This document shows positions 39,556-48,764 of a stretch of 64,000 nucleotides of DNA, piece by piece. The notes under the pieces are model-generated. The model did not search any database. It saw nothing but the letters and a program-made list of their open reading frames with translations, and was not told where the DNA came from. Position numbers and translations under genes: made by a program. The stretch is from an uncultured Actinomycetota bacterium (GTDB taxonomy: Bacteria; Actinomycetota; Actinomycetes; Propionibacteriales; Nocardioidaceae). The DNA is taken from positions 38,617-102,616 of the forward strand of contig CAVQEY010000004.1 in assembly GCA_963711615.1 (NCBI GenBank), written 5' to 3'. Positions within the stretch are counted from its first letter, which is position 1. Each line of letters starts with the position of its first letter.

Positions 39556-41378
39556 GTGAGACCTTCACAGTCGTCGCAAGCGTCGGCACCTACCACCACC
39601 CATTCGACCGCTTCGTCGAGTGGCTCGAGCCCTGGACCATGCGGAACAAGGCGAGAGTGGTGTTCCAGCACGGTTCCACCCGCCCGATGCGCGGCTCGGA
39701 GAACCACGAACTGCTCTCGCCCAAGGAGCTGCTCGAGCAGTACCGCGCCGCGGACGCGATCGTCCTTCAGGGCGGCGCAGGTGGCGTGATGGATGCCCGC
39801 AAGGTCGGTCGGATCCCGATCGTCGTACCCCGTATTCCCATCGACCAGGAAGTGGTCGACGACCACCAGGTGATCCTGTGCCGCAGGCTCGCCGAACTGG
39901 GGGTCGTGCATGTCGCCGAGTCGGCAGCGGATCTGGCGCGATTGCTCGACGGCACGAGGTCCGGCTCCGTCTCGTCGCGTCAGAGCAAGCGCCGCCCATC
40001 GCCAGGGGTCCGGGAGGCCGTGCGACTGCTCGCGGGACAGGATCCAACCGCGTACCGCATCGAACGCGGCGAAGTTCGGCTGCGACCACGGCTCCGTCGC
40101 CGGCCGAGCGCGAAGACCCGTCTACTGCGCCTCGTGCACCGGGGTGCGCTCGCTTACCTCCTCGCGTTCGCGATGGCATTCTTCCTGCTCGACCGTGCTT
40201 CGCTCGCTCCGCGATCCGAGGCGCTCACCCTGGGTTGCGTCGGCGCCTGGCTGGCCGTCAGCTTCGCCGTGCTGCCGGCCTACGAACGCGCGCGATCATT
40301 CAAACCAGTGCTGTGGTTCGTCGCCCTGCTCGGGGTGGGACTGGTGGTCGCGCTGCTCCTGGGTGCGGAGACGTCGGCGCAGCTCCGTCGCGGCCTGGGT
40401 GTGGGGCTAGCGTCCGCCGCCACGCTCGCTGCCGTTTCGGCCGTCGCGCGAGTTGCGTTCCGACGCACACCGACCGTCCTCGTCGGCAATGAATCCTCGG
40501 TTCGACGGCTCGCCACTCGCTGGCTGGAGCGCACGGACGTGAAGGTCGTGGCCACCTGCGCATGGCGCGGCACCAAGCCCGACATCCCCAACGGGTCGCT
40601 CTCGGAGCTGATCCCCCAGGTGATCGGAGCGGCGGACCGCAACCACGCGCGATCCGTGGTCATCACCTCGGAGAAGTCTCTGTCGACATCGACGTTGCGC
40701 GACCTCGCCTGGGCACTTCAACGTGCTGGTGTCGAGTGCATGGTGCTGGCAGACGGAAACGAGAAGGGCGACAACATCAGAACGCGTCAGCTGGTCGACC
40801 AGGTGGCGCTCTCGACGCGTCCTCCCACCGAGCATCTGGTCTCGACAGCGGTGAAAGATCTCATCGACCGGTGCGTCGCTGCGTTCGCCTTGTTGGTGCT
40901 CGCCCCGATCCTGGTCGTCGTGTCGATGGCGCTGCGGATCACCACGCGACACCCGGCCATCCTCCGCCAAACACGCACAGGACGCGACGGCGAAACCTAT
41001 GTGATGTACACGTTCCGCACCACAATCGCCACGCCAGGACGGGATCCGAGGATCTCCGGACTGGGCCGCTTCCTGCGTCGAACCTCCATCGACGAGCTTC
41101 CGCGGCTGGTCAACGTGCTCAAGGGCGAGATGTCACTCGTGGGGCCTCGTCCTTCGCTTCCGAGCGAGACCGTGCGTTACACCGACCGGATGTGGCGGCG
41201 CCTGTCGGTCCGACCCGGGGTGACCGGGTTGAGCCAGGTCAGTGGACGCTCGCGGCTGTCGCCGGAAGAAACGATCAGCATCGACCTGCAGTACATCGAT
41301 CATTGGAGCCTACGGCTGGACGCCCGCATCCTGGCACGGACGCTGGGTGTGGCCCTGACACGCGACATCACACGCTGA
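39552..41378 (+). CDS. Fusion of a PssE/Cps14G (Alg13-like) GT domain, membrane segment and priming phosphoglycosyl transferase (Bac_transf)
   Basis: N-terminal VGT..HPFDRFV...QHG...HQV..CRRL; four TMs; C-terminal D..DR...RQTR.G...DPRI..LGRFLRRTSIDELP.L.NVLKGEMSLVGPRP...RPG.TG..QV.GRS. One uninterrupted frame. Confidence 0.85.
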   Translation: MSETFTVVASVGTYHHPFDRFVEWLEPWTMRNKARVVFQHGSTRPMRGSENHELLSPKELLEQYRAADAIVLQGGAGGVMDARKVGRIPIVVPRIPIDQEVVDDHQVILCRRLAELGVVHVAESAADLARLLDGTRSGSVSSRQSKRRPSPGVREAVRLLAGQDPTAYRIERGEVRLRPRLRRRPSAKTRLLRLVHRGALAYLLAFAMAFFLLDRASLAPRSEALTLGCVGAWLAVSFAVLPAYERARSFKPVLWFVALLGVGLVVALLLGAETSAQLRRGLGVGLASAATLAAVSAVARVAFRRTPTVLVGNESSVRRLATRWLERTDVKVVATCAWRGTKPDIPNGSLSELIPQVIGAADRNHARSVVITSEKSLSTSTLRDLAWALQRAGVECMVLADGNEKGDNIRTRQLVDQVALSTRPPTEHLVSTAVKDLIDRCVAAFALLVLAPILVVVSMALRITTRHPAILRQTRTGRDGETYVMYTFRTTIATPGRDPRISGLGRFLRRTSIDELPRLVNVLKGEMSLVGPRPSLPSETVRYTDRMWRRLSVRPGVTGLSQVSGRSRLSPEETISIDLQYIDHWSLRLDARILARTLGVALTRDITR

Positions 41379-41398
41379 CGGCGGTCTGGAGCCCGACA

Positions 41399-41962
41399 TC
41401 ACGGCACCATGTTCCGACCGGCAGCGTCGGAGGTGAAGCGCCGATTGTCATCGGAGTCCGGCCCCGTTCTCACCAGAACAGACCACGTGCTGCGCTCGAG
41501 TCGCAATGAGACGACGTCCTCGACGGCAACGCCACGAGCGTGGATGCCGGCAACCAGTCGCTTCGGCGCCCCGATCGAGAGCTCCCCGAGCCTCATGGCG
41601 CTGTCGAGCTCCCCGTCGCCGATCTCCCGCTCGTAGTCCTCCACCGGCCCACCGCCGGTGTAGGCCTCGCCGCCTCCGCGCTGGCCGAACCCTTCGACGG
41701 TGGCCCGCCCGTCCCCCGTGACGATGCTGAACTGGGCCGAGCGAATGTCCACGTGCACCTCCAGCACCCGCGCATCGCGTCCGTGCTGGTCGACGAGCTC
41801 GCCGACGGCCCGGGCATACAGGTCGTGCTCGAGGAAGTTCTCCCCCATGACTTCGCGCTCGGTCTTCGGATCGGCGAAGAGATCGGCGATGTCCCAAGCC
41901 AGGAAACCGAGCGGGACGACCACGACCAGCAGCCAGATCAGCACCTTGGCTCGGGTTCCCAA
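41399..41962 (-). CDS. Hypothetical membrane-anchored protein
   Basis: N-terminal TM followed by a soluble domain; co-oriented just downstream of WS/DGAT. Confidence 0.6.
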   Translation of the reverse strand: MGTRAKVLIWLLVVVVPLGFLAWDIADLFADPKTEREVMGENFLEHDLYARAVGELVDQHGRDARVLEVHVDIRSAQFSIVTGDGRATVEGFGQRGGGEAYTGGGPVEDYEREIGDGELDSAMRLGELSIGAPKRLVAGIHARGVAVEDVVSLRLERSTWSVLVRTGPDSDDNRRFTSDAAGRNMVP

Positions 41963-41965
41963 GCG

Positions 41966-43342
41966 TCAGCCCCAGGCGGTCTCGAGCTCGGCGAGAGACG
42001 TCTCGAGGTGGGCGAGGAGTCGCTGCAGGTGCGGAACGCTCTTGCGACAGCCGATGATGCCGAAGTCGAGGTAGTTGTCACGGCTGCACAGCGTGATGTT
42101 GATGGCCTGGCCGTCAAGAACGATCGACACCGGGTACATGCCGTCGAGCCGCGCCCCGTTGAAGTACATCTGGCTCTTCGGCCCCGGGACGTTGGAGACG
42201 ATGACGTTGAACGGTGGTCGGGCGTACTTGATGAAGCCGGGCAGGGGCGACATGGCGAGTGGGAGCATCTGCAGCGCGGAGAACGCCAGGATCTGGTTCT
42301 GCGAGAGGTCGCCGAGCAGCTTCTTGGTGGTGCGCGAGGAGTAGGCGATCTCCTCGAGCCGAGTGGCGCCGTTCTCGCGGTCGGTGGCGAGGTTCACGAT
42401 GATGGCGCCCACCGAGTTGCTGTCGCCGGCCTCCTTGCCGGCCGACTCCGCGCGCAGCGCCAGCGAGACCGGCACCATCGCGCTCATCGGCTCGTCCGGG
42501 AGCGCATGCTGCTCGAGCAGGTACTCACGCAGGGCCCCGGACACCATGGCCAGCACGACGTCGTTGAGCGTCGTGCCCGACGACTTGGCCACGCGTCGGA
42601 GCCGCTCGATCTCCCACGACTGCGCGGCGAACCGCCTGGCGCCGCCGACCCGGCCGTTGAGGATCGTCCTCGGGGCGCTCGGGAGCGTGATGTCGCCGTC
42701 GCGGAGGATCTGGCTGACGATCTTGGTGGACGCCGGCAGCAGCCCTGCCGCCTCGCTGGCGGCGCCGCCGAGGCCTCGCAGCAGCCCCATCGGGTCGAAG
42801 CCACCCGCGTCACCTGACGACTTCCTCGGAGGCAGGGCCCACGGCGGGACGCAGTCACGCGCGTCGGGGTCCTCGCTGAGCGAGCGCTTCATCAGCCGGA
42901 TCGCCGCCACCCCGTCGACCAGCGCGTGATGGATCTTGCTGTACACCGCGATGCGGCCGTCCTCGAGCCCTTCGACGACGTGGGCCTCCCAGAGCGGCCG
43001 GTGCCGGTCGAGCAGCGACCCGTGCCATCGTGACGTCAGCTGGAGCAGCTCGCGGATGCGTCCGGGCTGCGGCACCGCCGAGTGCCGGATGTGGTGGTCG
43101 TAGTCGATCGTGTCGTCCAGGGTCCACCAGGTGTTGCCGAGCGAGCTCACCGGCTCCGCCGGACGCTTGCGGAACGTGGGCGAGATGTTGTCGGTGCCGC
43201 GGAAGGTCTCCATGAGCTCGCGGACGAAGTCCGGTCCGGCGTCCTCAGGCAGCTCGAAGAGCTGCAATCCACCCACGTGCATCGGGTGCTCGCGGGACTC
43301 GGCCAGCAGAAACATCGAGTCCGTGGGCGGCATGAACGACAT
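41966..43342 (-). CDS. Wax ester synthase/diacylglycerol acyltransferase (WS/DGAT)
   Basis: DSMFLLAESREHPMHVGGL, HHALVDG (HHxxxDG), FNVIVSNVPGP. Confidence 0.93.
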   Translation of the reverse strand: MSFMPPTDSMFLLAESREHPMHVGGLQLFELPEDAGPDFVRELMETFRGTDNISPTFRKRPAEPVSSLGNTWWTLDDTIDYDHHIRHSAVPQPGRIRELLQLTSRWHGSLLDRHRPLWEAHVVEGLEDGRIAVYSKIHHALVDGVAAIRLMKRSLSEDPDARDCVPPWALPPRKSSGDAGGFDPMGLLRGLGGAASEAAGLLPASTKIVSQILRDGDITLPSAPRTILNGRVGGARRFAAQSWEIERLRRVAKSSGTTLNDVVLAMVSGALREYLLEQHALPDEPMSAMVPVSLALRAESAGKEAGDSNSVGAIIVNLATDRENGATRLEEIAYSSRTTKKLLGDLSQNQILAFSALQMLPLAMSPLPGFIKYARPPFNVIVSNVPGPKSQMYFNGARLDGMYPVSIVLDGQAINITLCSRDNYLDFGIIGCRKSVPHLQRLLAHLETSLAELETAWG

Positions 43343-43458
43343 TCGGCGAACCTCCCTCACATGGGTGGGTGACACCCCTACGCTAGTGGGCGGACGTGCG
43401 GCAAGTCACGGCATGTGAAATGTTCATGAACGGCAGATCACAGGATGAAAGGGTCCAG

Positions 43459-44514
43459 ATGGCCAAGCATCTGACGCTCGCCGCCGAGCCCCGCTATTTC
43501 AAGGGCTCGAGCGTACAGTCCCGCCTCCTCGGCCTGGGGCTGCGTCACACGGTCCGACCGATCCTCGGGATGTGGGCCCGCCTGCCGTTCGACTTCTATC
43601 CGCCGAACGTGGTCGATCACGCCGCGCGGCTGCTTCCCGTGCCCGAAGGCACCAGCTGGCGCACCGTCGACCTCGGCTCGTGCCCGAGCGAGTGGCTGCT
43701 GGCCAAGGACGTCCGCGACGTCCACGGCGGCAACCCTGGAGCGATCCTGTACTTCCACGGTGGCGCGTTCCTCACCTGTGGCCTCAACACCCACCGCAAC
43801 CTGGTCTCGCGCATCTCGTACGCGGCCGGCCAGCCGGTGCTCAACGTCGGCTACCGGCAGATGCCGCTCGAACCGATCACCGAGTCGGTAGCCGACGGCG
43901 TCGTGGCGTTCCGCTGGCTGCTCGACCAGGGCTACCGGCCCGAGGACATCACCATCGCCGGTGACTCGGCCGGCGGCTACCTCGCCTTCAGCGTCGCCCG
44001 CGCGGTGCTCGACGCCGGCTGGGGACGTCCTGCCGGGGTCGTGGCCATCTCACCACTGCTCGACGTCGACTCCACCCGCAAGCGCAACCACCCGAACGCC
44101 GACCGGTGCCAGGCGTTCCCCATCAACGCGCTCGAGCGCTTCACCCAGCTGGCTCTGCGCACCGACGACCGACGCGGCATCTCCGGCGAGCGCGTCTGCC
44201 CGGTCGACATGCCGGTGGCCGACATGCCGCCGTCCATCATCCAGATCGGGTCCCGCGAGATCCTCATGCCCGACGCCGAGCTGATGGCCAACCGCCTCGT
44301 CGCCGCCGGCATCCCGTGTGACCTGCAGGTCTGGGAGAACCAGGTGCACGTCTTCCAGGCGGCCGCGCACTGGTTGCCCGAGGCCCGTCAGGCGATCGAC
44401 GAGATCGGGTTGTTCGTGCAGTCGCTGGCCAATGGCTCGATCCAGGCGCCGGCGGCCACACGGAAGGCCAAGACGAAGGTCGCCCGCCCCCGCGTCCGCG
44501 CCGCGAGCCATTGA
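43459..44514 (+). CDS. HSL-family esterase/lipase (alpha/beta hydrolase)
   Basis: YFHGGAF oxyanion motif, GDSAGG nucleophile, E-I-L, HVFQ. Confidence 0.9.
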   Translation: MAKHLTLAAEPRYFKGSSVQSRLLGLGLRHTVRPILGMWARLPFDFYPPNVVDHAARLLPVPEGTSWRTVDLGSCPSEWLLAKDVRDVHGGNPGAILYFHGGAFLTCGLNTHRNLVSRISYAAGQPVLNVGYRQMPLEPITESVADGVVAFRWLLDQGYRPEDITIAGDSAGGYLAFSVARAVLDAGWGRPAGVVAISPLLDVDSTRKRNHPNADRCQAFPINALERFTQLALRTDDRRGISGERVCPVDMPVADMPPSIIQIGSREILMPDAELMANRLVAAGIPCDLQVWENQVHVFQAAAHWLPEARQAIDEIGLFVQSLANGSIQAPAATRKAKTKVARPRVRAASH

Positions 44515-44960
44515 GCGACCTCGACCTCGTCTCCGACCTGGCGAAGAAGTCCGGGCTCGTCTGGATCACGGTGCACGACCGCACCTACCCCGTCTGGCAC
44601 GAGCTCGTCGACAGCGCTGACGGTTGGGCAATATGCGTCGTCGGCGGAGGCGGCGAGCAGCCGATCCCCGAGGTCCATGACGACGACAAGGTTCTGCTCC
44701 TGCTGCGATCCAAGACGAATCGTCAGCTGGTCGCGACGGTCGAAGCCACCGTCGAGGTGCTCACGCCCGAGTCCCCGGCCTGGGACGACGTCACCGCGGC
44801 GTTGAAGAGCGGCCGGCTCAACCTGCCCGACTCCGACCACGCGGTCGAGCGGTGGGCCAGCGAGTCGACGGTGCTGCGGCTGGTGCCGCACGAGCCGGTC
44901 ATCCTGGCCAGTGACCTCCCCACCGATCGCCGCCAGACATCACCTCGCCTCTCAGGGTGA
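44511..44960 (+). CDS. Conserved hypothetical protein (split-barrel-like)
   Basis: AKKSGLVWI...PVWH...GEQPIP...LRSK...GRLN; overlaps the esterase stop by 4 nt. Confidence 0.65.
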   Translation: MSDLDLVSDLAKKSGLVWITVHDRTYPVWHELVDSADGWAICVVGGGGEQPIPEVHDDDKVLLLLRSKTNRQLVATVEATVEVLTPESPAWDDVTAALKSGRLNLPDSDHAVERWASESTVLRLVPHEPVILASDLPTDRRQTSPRLSG

Positions 44961-44966
44961 CGCCGC

Positions 44967-46490
44967 TCAGTTGGCCTCGGCCCACGTGCCGTACTCCATC
45001 GGCTTGTCGGTGAGCACGAGATCGGCACCGACATCGTCGGCCTGTTGCCAGAGCGTCGGGGTGTTGACGATCCACATCATCACCTTCATCCCTGCATCGT
45101 TGAGCTCCGACACGTAGGCCTTGGAGATGATGTCGAACTTGACGGCGACGGCGTATAGCCCCTGCTCCGCGAGCGTCCGCTGCCGGCACTGGCGCTCGCC
45201 CGAGATGAACAGCATCGTCCGCAGGTCACCTTCGCCCTGAGCCTCAGCCTCAGCCCGGATCTCGGCCAGCCATCCGGGATCGAATGACGTCACGACAGTC
45301 CGGTCGATCATGCGGGCATTCTTGATCGTCTCCACGAAATGGCGATTCTGACGCGCACCCTGCTCGACCTTCACCTCGGCATAGATCTCGGCGCCCGGAA
45401 TCTTCGCGACCGCTGCGACCCCCTCGGCAAACGTGGGGATGCCGTACTGCTTGCCATCCTTCGATGCGATCGCGGCCGAGCGACACTTCTCCTCAAGCAC
45501 CGACCAGTCGGTCTCTGCGATGATGTGGTTGCCCCCCTCGCACTCCATCCCGGGCGTGGTGCCCGGGTCATGCACGAGGATGGCGACGCCGTCCTTGGAC
45601 CAGCGCACATCGGTCTCGATCTGCGCGCCGATCTTGGCCGCGTGCTCGAATGCGGGAATCGTCTGCCAGGCGAACTCCTCATCACCCCCGCGGTGCGCCA
45701 GCACGATGGGGGCGCCGGACCCACCGAGCTTGGGTGGCGCGGTCGCTTCGGTCGCAGGCGTCGGTCCGTCCGTCGCACCGGCATCCTTCTTCGGATCGTC
45801 CGCCTGAGCGTTGAGCACGATCGCGACCACGACGGCGACCGCCGCGACCGCAGCGCCTACCGACAGCAGAACGCGGCGCGAGACGGTCGGCGATCCGAGC
45901 GGCTTTGGCTTTGTCTCGGCCTTCACCGGCTCCTCGGCGGGCGCCTCGGCGGCAAGCTCCGCCGGAACCTCGACGGCAGGCTCCCCCGCTTGCTCGTCCT
46001 GGATGTCGGCCAGGGTGCGCTCCATGACTTCGAGGAGGCGCTCGGTGTCGGCGCGGAAGCGAGTGGGGCTGAGCTCGAGCGCCTGGCGGCGGACCATCGG
46101 CGCGATGCTGGGCGGCAGCTGGTCGCCCCGCGGCATCAGCGCACCCTCGACCAGGATCGGGATGAGCAGGACCTTCCGCGTGAGCGCGGCCTCGATCTCG
46201 AGCCGGACGAAGTCGTCGGGGTCGTCGAGCCGACGCGACCCGTCCGAGCTGGCGATGTCGAGCCAGTCCTGGCCGATCAGGGCGAGCAGGATGTCGCACG
46301 ACCCGACCGCGTTCGTGATCGTCTCGACGAAGTCGTCGCCGAGCTCGATGGAGTCGACATCCTTGAAGATCTGATCCGCGCCAAACCGCTCGGCGAGGCG
46401 GTCGTACAGCCAGCCGGCAGGGTAGGCCGAGTCCTGCCGGCGGTAGCTGATGAAGATCCGGCCGGTCGCTTCGGACGCTGAGTCGGTCAT
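44967..46490 (-). CDS. TIR domain - TM - glycerophosphodiester phosphodiesterase (GDPD) fusion
   Basis: N-terminal IFISYRRQDS...LYDRL...FG...IFKDVDSIELGDDF...FVRLEIEAAL; TM RRVLLSVGAAVAAVAVVVAIVL; C-terminal LAHRG...IETDV..SKDG..ILVHD...EVK...VVTSF...WIVN...LTDKP. Confidence 0.88.
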   Translation of the reverse strand: MTDSASEATGRIFISYRRQDSAYPAGWLYDRLAERFGADQIFKDVDSIELGDDFVETITNAVGSCDILLALIGQDWLDIASSDGSRRLDDPDDFVRLEIEAALTRKVLLIPILVEGALMPRGDQLPPSIAPMVRRQALELSPTRFRADTERLLEVMERTLADIQDEQAGEPAVEVPAELAAEAPAEEPVKAETKPKPLGSPTVSRRVLLSVGAAVAAVAVVVAIVLNAQADDPKKDAGATDGPTPATEATAPPKLGGSGAPIVLAHRGGDEEFAWQTIPAFEHAAKIGAQIETDVRWSKDGVAILVHDPGTTPGMECEGGNHIIAETDWSVLEEKCRSAAIASKDGKQYGIPTFAEGVAAVAKIPGAEIYAEVKVEQGARQNRHFVETIKNARMIDRTVVTSFDPGWLAEIRAEAEAQGEGDLRTMLFISGERQCRQRTLAEQGLYAVAVKFDIISKAYVSELNDAGMKVMMWIVNTPTLWQQADDVGADLVLTDKPMEYGTWAEAN

Positions 46491-46571
46491 CGTGCGCACT
46501 TCCTGCGTGTCCCCGAGTTCCCCGTCTACCATATGGGGGCGCGACCCCCCTACTAGGAAGAATGCGGCGAA

Positions 46572-47048
46572 ATGCTCGACTGGCTGGCCCGCAACACCGA
46601 CCTCGTGGCACTGTTCCTCGCCGTCGTCGGCATGTGCGTCAGCCTCGTCACGGTGTGGCTCTCGGTTCGCAACGCACGTCTGGTCGCGTACACCCGGATG
46701 CACGAGATGCTGGTCTCCTCCGATACCGCCCGAGGGCGGCGCATCCTCTTCCTGGCGCACGCCAAGCACGAGCTGCCGGAACCGGGCGATGCCGACTGGG
46801 ACGCCATCAACCAGTCCCTGGCCGTGTACGACACGCTCGCCGTCTACATGCGACGGCGGATCGTCAGTCACCGGCTCGTGCTCAGCGCCTGGTTCCATCC
46901 GCTGACCGCGATCCACGCGCCGGCAGACGCGTGGGTGAAGCACCGCGCCCTCCACGGCGTCCGGAACCCGTGGGCCAACCTCAGCTGGCTGCTCGACCGC
47001 GCGGAGCAGTATCACGCCAAGCAGGGGTGCTGCACCGAGGACGCGTGA
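46572..47048 (+). CDS. Small membrane protein, DUF4760-like
   Basis: N-terminal TM, then a helical domain with INQSLAVYDTLAVYMRRRIV...W. Family recalled from the pattern only. Confidence 0.55.
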   Translation: MLDWLARNTDLVALFLAVVGMCVSLVTVWLSVRNARLVAYTRMHEMLVSSDTARGRRILFLAHAKHELPEPGDADWDAINQSLAVYDTLAVYMRRRIVSHRLVLSAWFHPLTAIHAPADAWVKHRALHGVRNPWANLSWLLDRAEQYHAKQGCCTEDA

Positions 47049-47051
47049 GCG

Positions 47052-47534
47052 TCAGCTCGCGTGTGCGGCGTCGGCCCGACCGGCCCGGTGCTCGAAGATC
47101 AGGTGGGTCTCGGTACCGCTGACCTCGCCGGTGCCGCTCAGGTCGGTGACGATGTCGCGCAGCCCGTCGCTGCTGTCGGCGGCCACGTGCAGGAGGTAGT
47201 CGTAGGAGCCGGAGACGAAGAAGACGTTCAGGACGTACTTCTTCTCGGCCACGGCGGCCGCGAAGTCAGTGAGCGACGATCGTGCGTCAGAGCTCAGGCT
47301 GACCGCGATCATCGCCTGGATGGAGAGCCCGAGCACCTCCGGGTCGACGTCGGCATGGATGCCACGAATGGCGCCACGCTCGCGCAGCGACCGCACCCGG
47401 GCCAGGCACGTCGACGGAGCGATGCCGGCCTGACGCGCAAGCTCGTTGTTGGGCGTGCGGCCGTCACGTTGAAGTGCCGCGAGCAGAGCGCGATCGATGG
47501 AGTCGAGGGACTGAAGATCGTTCGGCACGGGCAT
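47052..47534 (-). CDS. aldR: Lrp/AsnC regulator of alanine dehydrogenase
   Basis: LDSIDRALLAALQRDGRTPNNELA..AGIAPSTCL.RVRSL, SGSYDYLLHV; divergent from ald. Confidence 0.85.
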   Translation of the reverse strand: MPVPNDLQSLDSIDRALLAALQRDGRTPNNELARQAGIAPSTCLARVRSLRERGAIRGIHADVDPEVLGLSIQAMIAVSLSSDARSSLTDFAAAVAEKKYVLNVFFVSGSYDYLLHVAADSSDGLRDIVTDLSGTGEVSGTETHLIFEHRAGRADAAHAS

Positions 47535-47637
47535 GGTGAGCCCCCTCACATCAGTCGAATCTTCGTAGCATTGGCACGCTTAGAGAATGATCTTCATCAA
47601 TGTTGCCATATCCACATCATTTCTTCACCATTGAAGC

Positions 47638-48756
47638 ATGCGAGTCGGAATTCCTACCGAGGTCAAGAACCACGAGTACCGCGTGGCCATCACCCCAGCC
47701 GGCGTCACCGAGCTGGTACGCCGCGGCCACGAGGTCACCATCCAGGCAGGAGCCGGCGTCGGCTCCTCCATCACTGACGACGATTACGCGGCGGCGGGCG
47801 CCTCAATGCTCGACTCTGCGGACGAGGTCTGGGAGGGAGCAGATCTCGTCCTCAAGGTCAAGGAGCCGGTCGCCGAGGAGTGGCACCGCATGCGCCGAGG
47901 CCAGGTGTTGTTCACGTATCTGCACCTGGCTGCCGCCGCTGACGTCACGGAGGCCGTGCTCGACAGCGGCATCACCGCGATCGCTTACGAGACCGTTCAA
48001 CGCCGCGATGGATCGCTTCCGCTGCTGGCTCCGATGTCCGAGGTGGCGGGTCGTCTCGCCACCCAGGTCGGCGCCTACCACCTGATGCGACCGCTCGGGG
48101 GGCGCGGCGTGCTCATGGGCGGAGTGCCCGGCACCGAGCCCGCCAACGTCGTCATCATCGGTGGCGGAGTCTCCGGCACCCACGCCGCCGACATGGCCGT
48201 CGGCCTGCACGCCGACGTCACGATCCTCGACCTCAGTGTCCCCCGTCTGCGCGAGCTCGACTCGCGCTACCGCGGTCGGGTCCGAACCATCCACTCCAGC
48301 GCCCACGCCATCGAGGAGGCCGTGCTCGACGCCGACCTCGTCGTCGGCGCCGTCCTGGTGCCGGGTGCCCGCGCGCCGAAGCTGGTGAGCAACGAGCTGG
48401 TGTCGCGGATGCGTCCAGGCTCGGTGCTCGTCGACATCGCCATCGACCAGGGCGGCTGCTTCGAGGACTCGCACCCCACCACGCACGCCGAGCCCACGTT
48501 CCGTGTCCACGAGTCGGAGTTCTACTGCGTCGCGAACATGCCTGGCGCCGTGCCGCGTACATCCACGTACGCACTGACCAGCGTGACCATGCCCTACGTC
48601 CTCGCGATCGCCGAGCACGGCTGGCACGACGCGCTGGCCGAGGACGCCGACCTGTCCCTCGGCCTGAACGCCCACGACGGGCGTCTGTATCACCACTCCG
48701 TCGGCGAGGCGCTCGGCATCGAGACGGCCGATCTGCTGCCCCTGCTCGCCGGCTGA
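47638..48756 (+). CDS. ald: Alanine dehydrogenase
   Basis: GIPTEVKNHEYRV, KVKEP, FTYLHLAA, LLAPMSEVAGR, DIAIDQGGCFE, VANMPGAVPRTST. Confidence 0.97.
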   Translation: MRVGIPTEVKNHEYRVAITPAGVTELVRRGHEVTIQAGAGVGSSITDDDYAAAGASMLDSADEVWEGADLVLKVKEPVAEEWHRMRRGQVLFTYLHLAAAADVTEAVLDSGITAIAYETVQRRDGSLPLLAPMSEVAGRLATQVGAYHLMRPLGGRGVLMGGVPGTEPANVVIIGGGVSGTHAADMAVGLHADVTILDLSVPRLRELDSRYRGRVRTIHSSAHAIEEAVLDADLVVGAVLVPGARAPKLVSNELVSRMRPGSVLVDIAIDQGGCFEDSHPTTHAEPTFRVHESEFYCVANMPGAVPRTSTYALTSVTMPYVLAIAEHGWHDALAEDADLSLGLNAHDGRLYHHSVGEALGIETADLLPLLAG

Positions 48757-48764
48757 CCGACCGG

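Noticed and set aside
46491-47015. N-terminal extension of the TIR-GDPD ORF to 47015
   Set aside because: The extension is antisense to the 46572-47048 gene; the TIR domain begins right after ATG 46490.
47535-47637. AldR operator sites in the AT-rich aldR-ald gap
   Set aside because: Sites are likely, but I could not place convincing matches to the GA/T-N11-A/TC pattern by eye.
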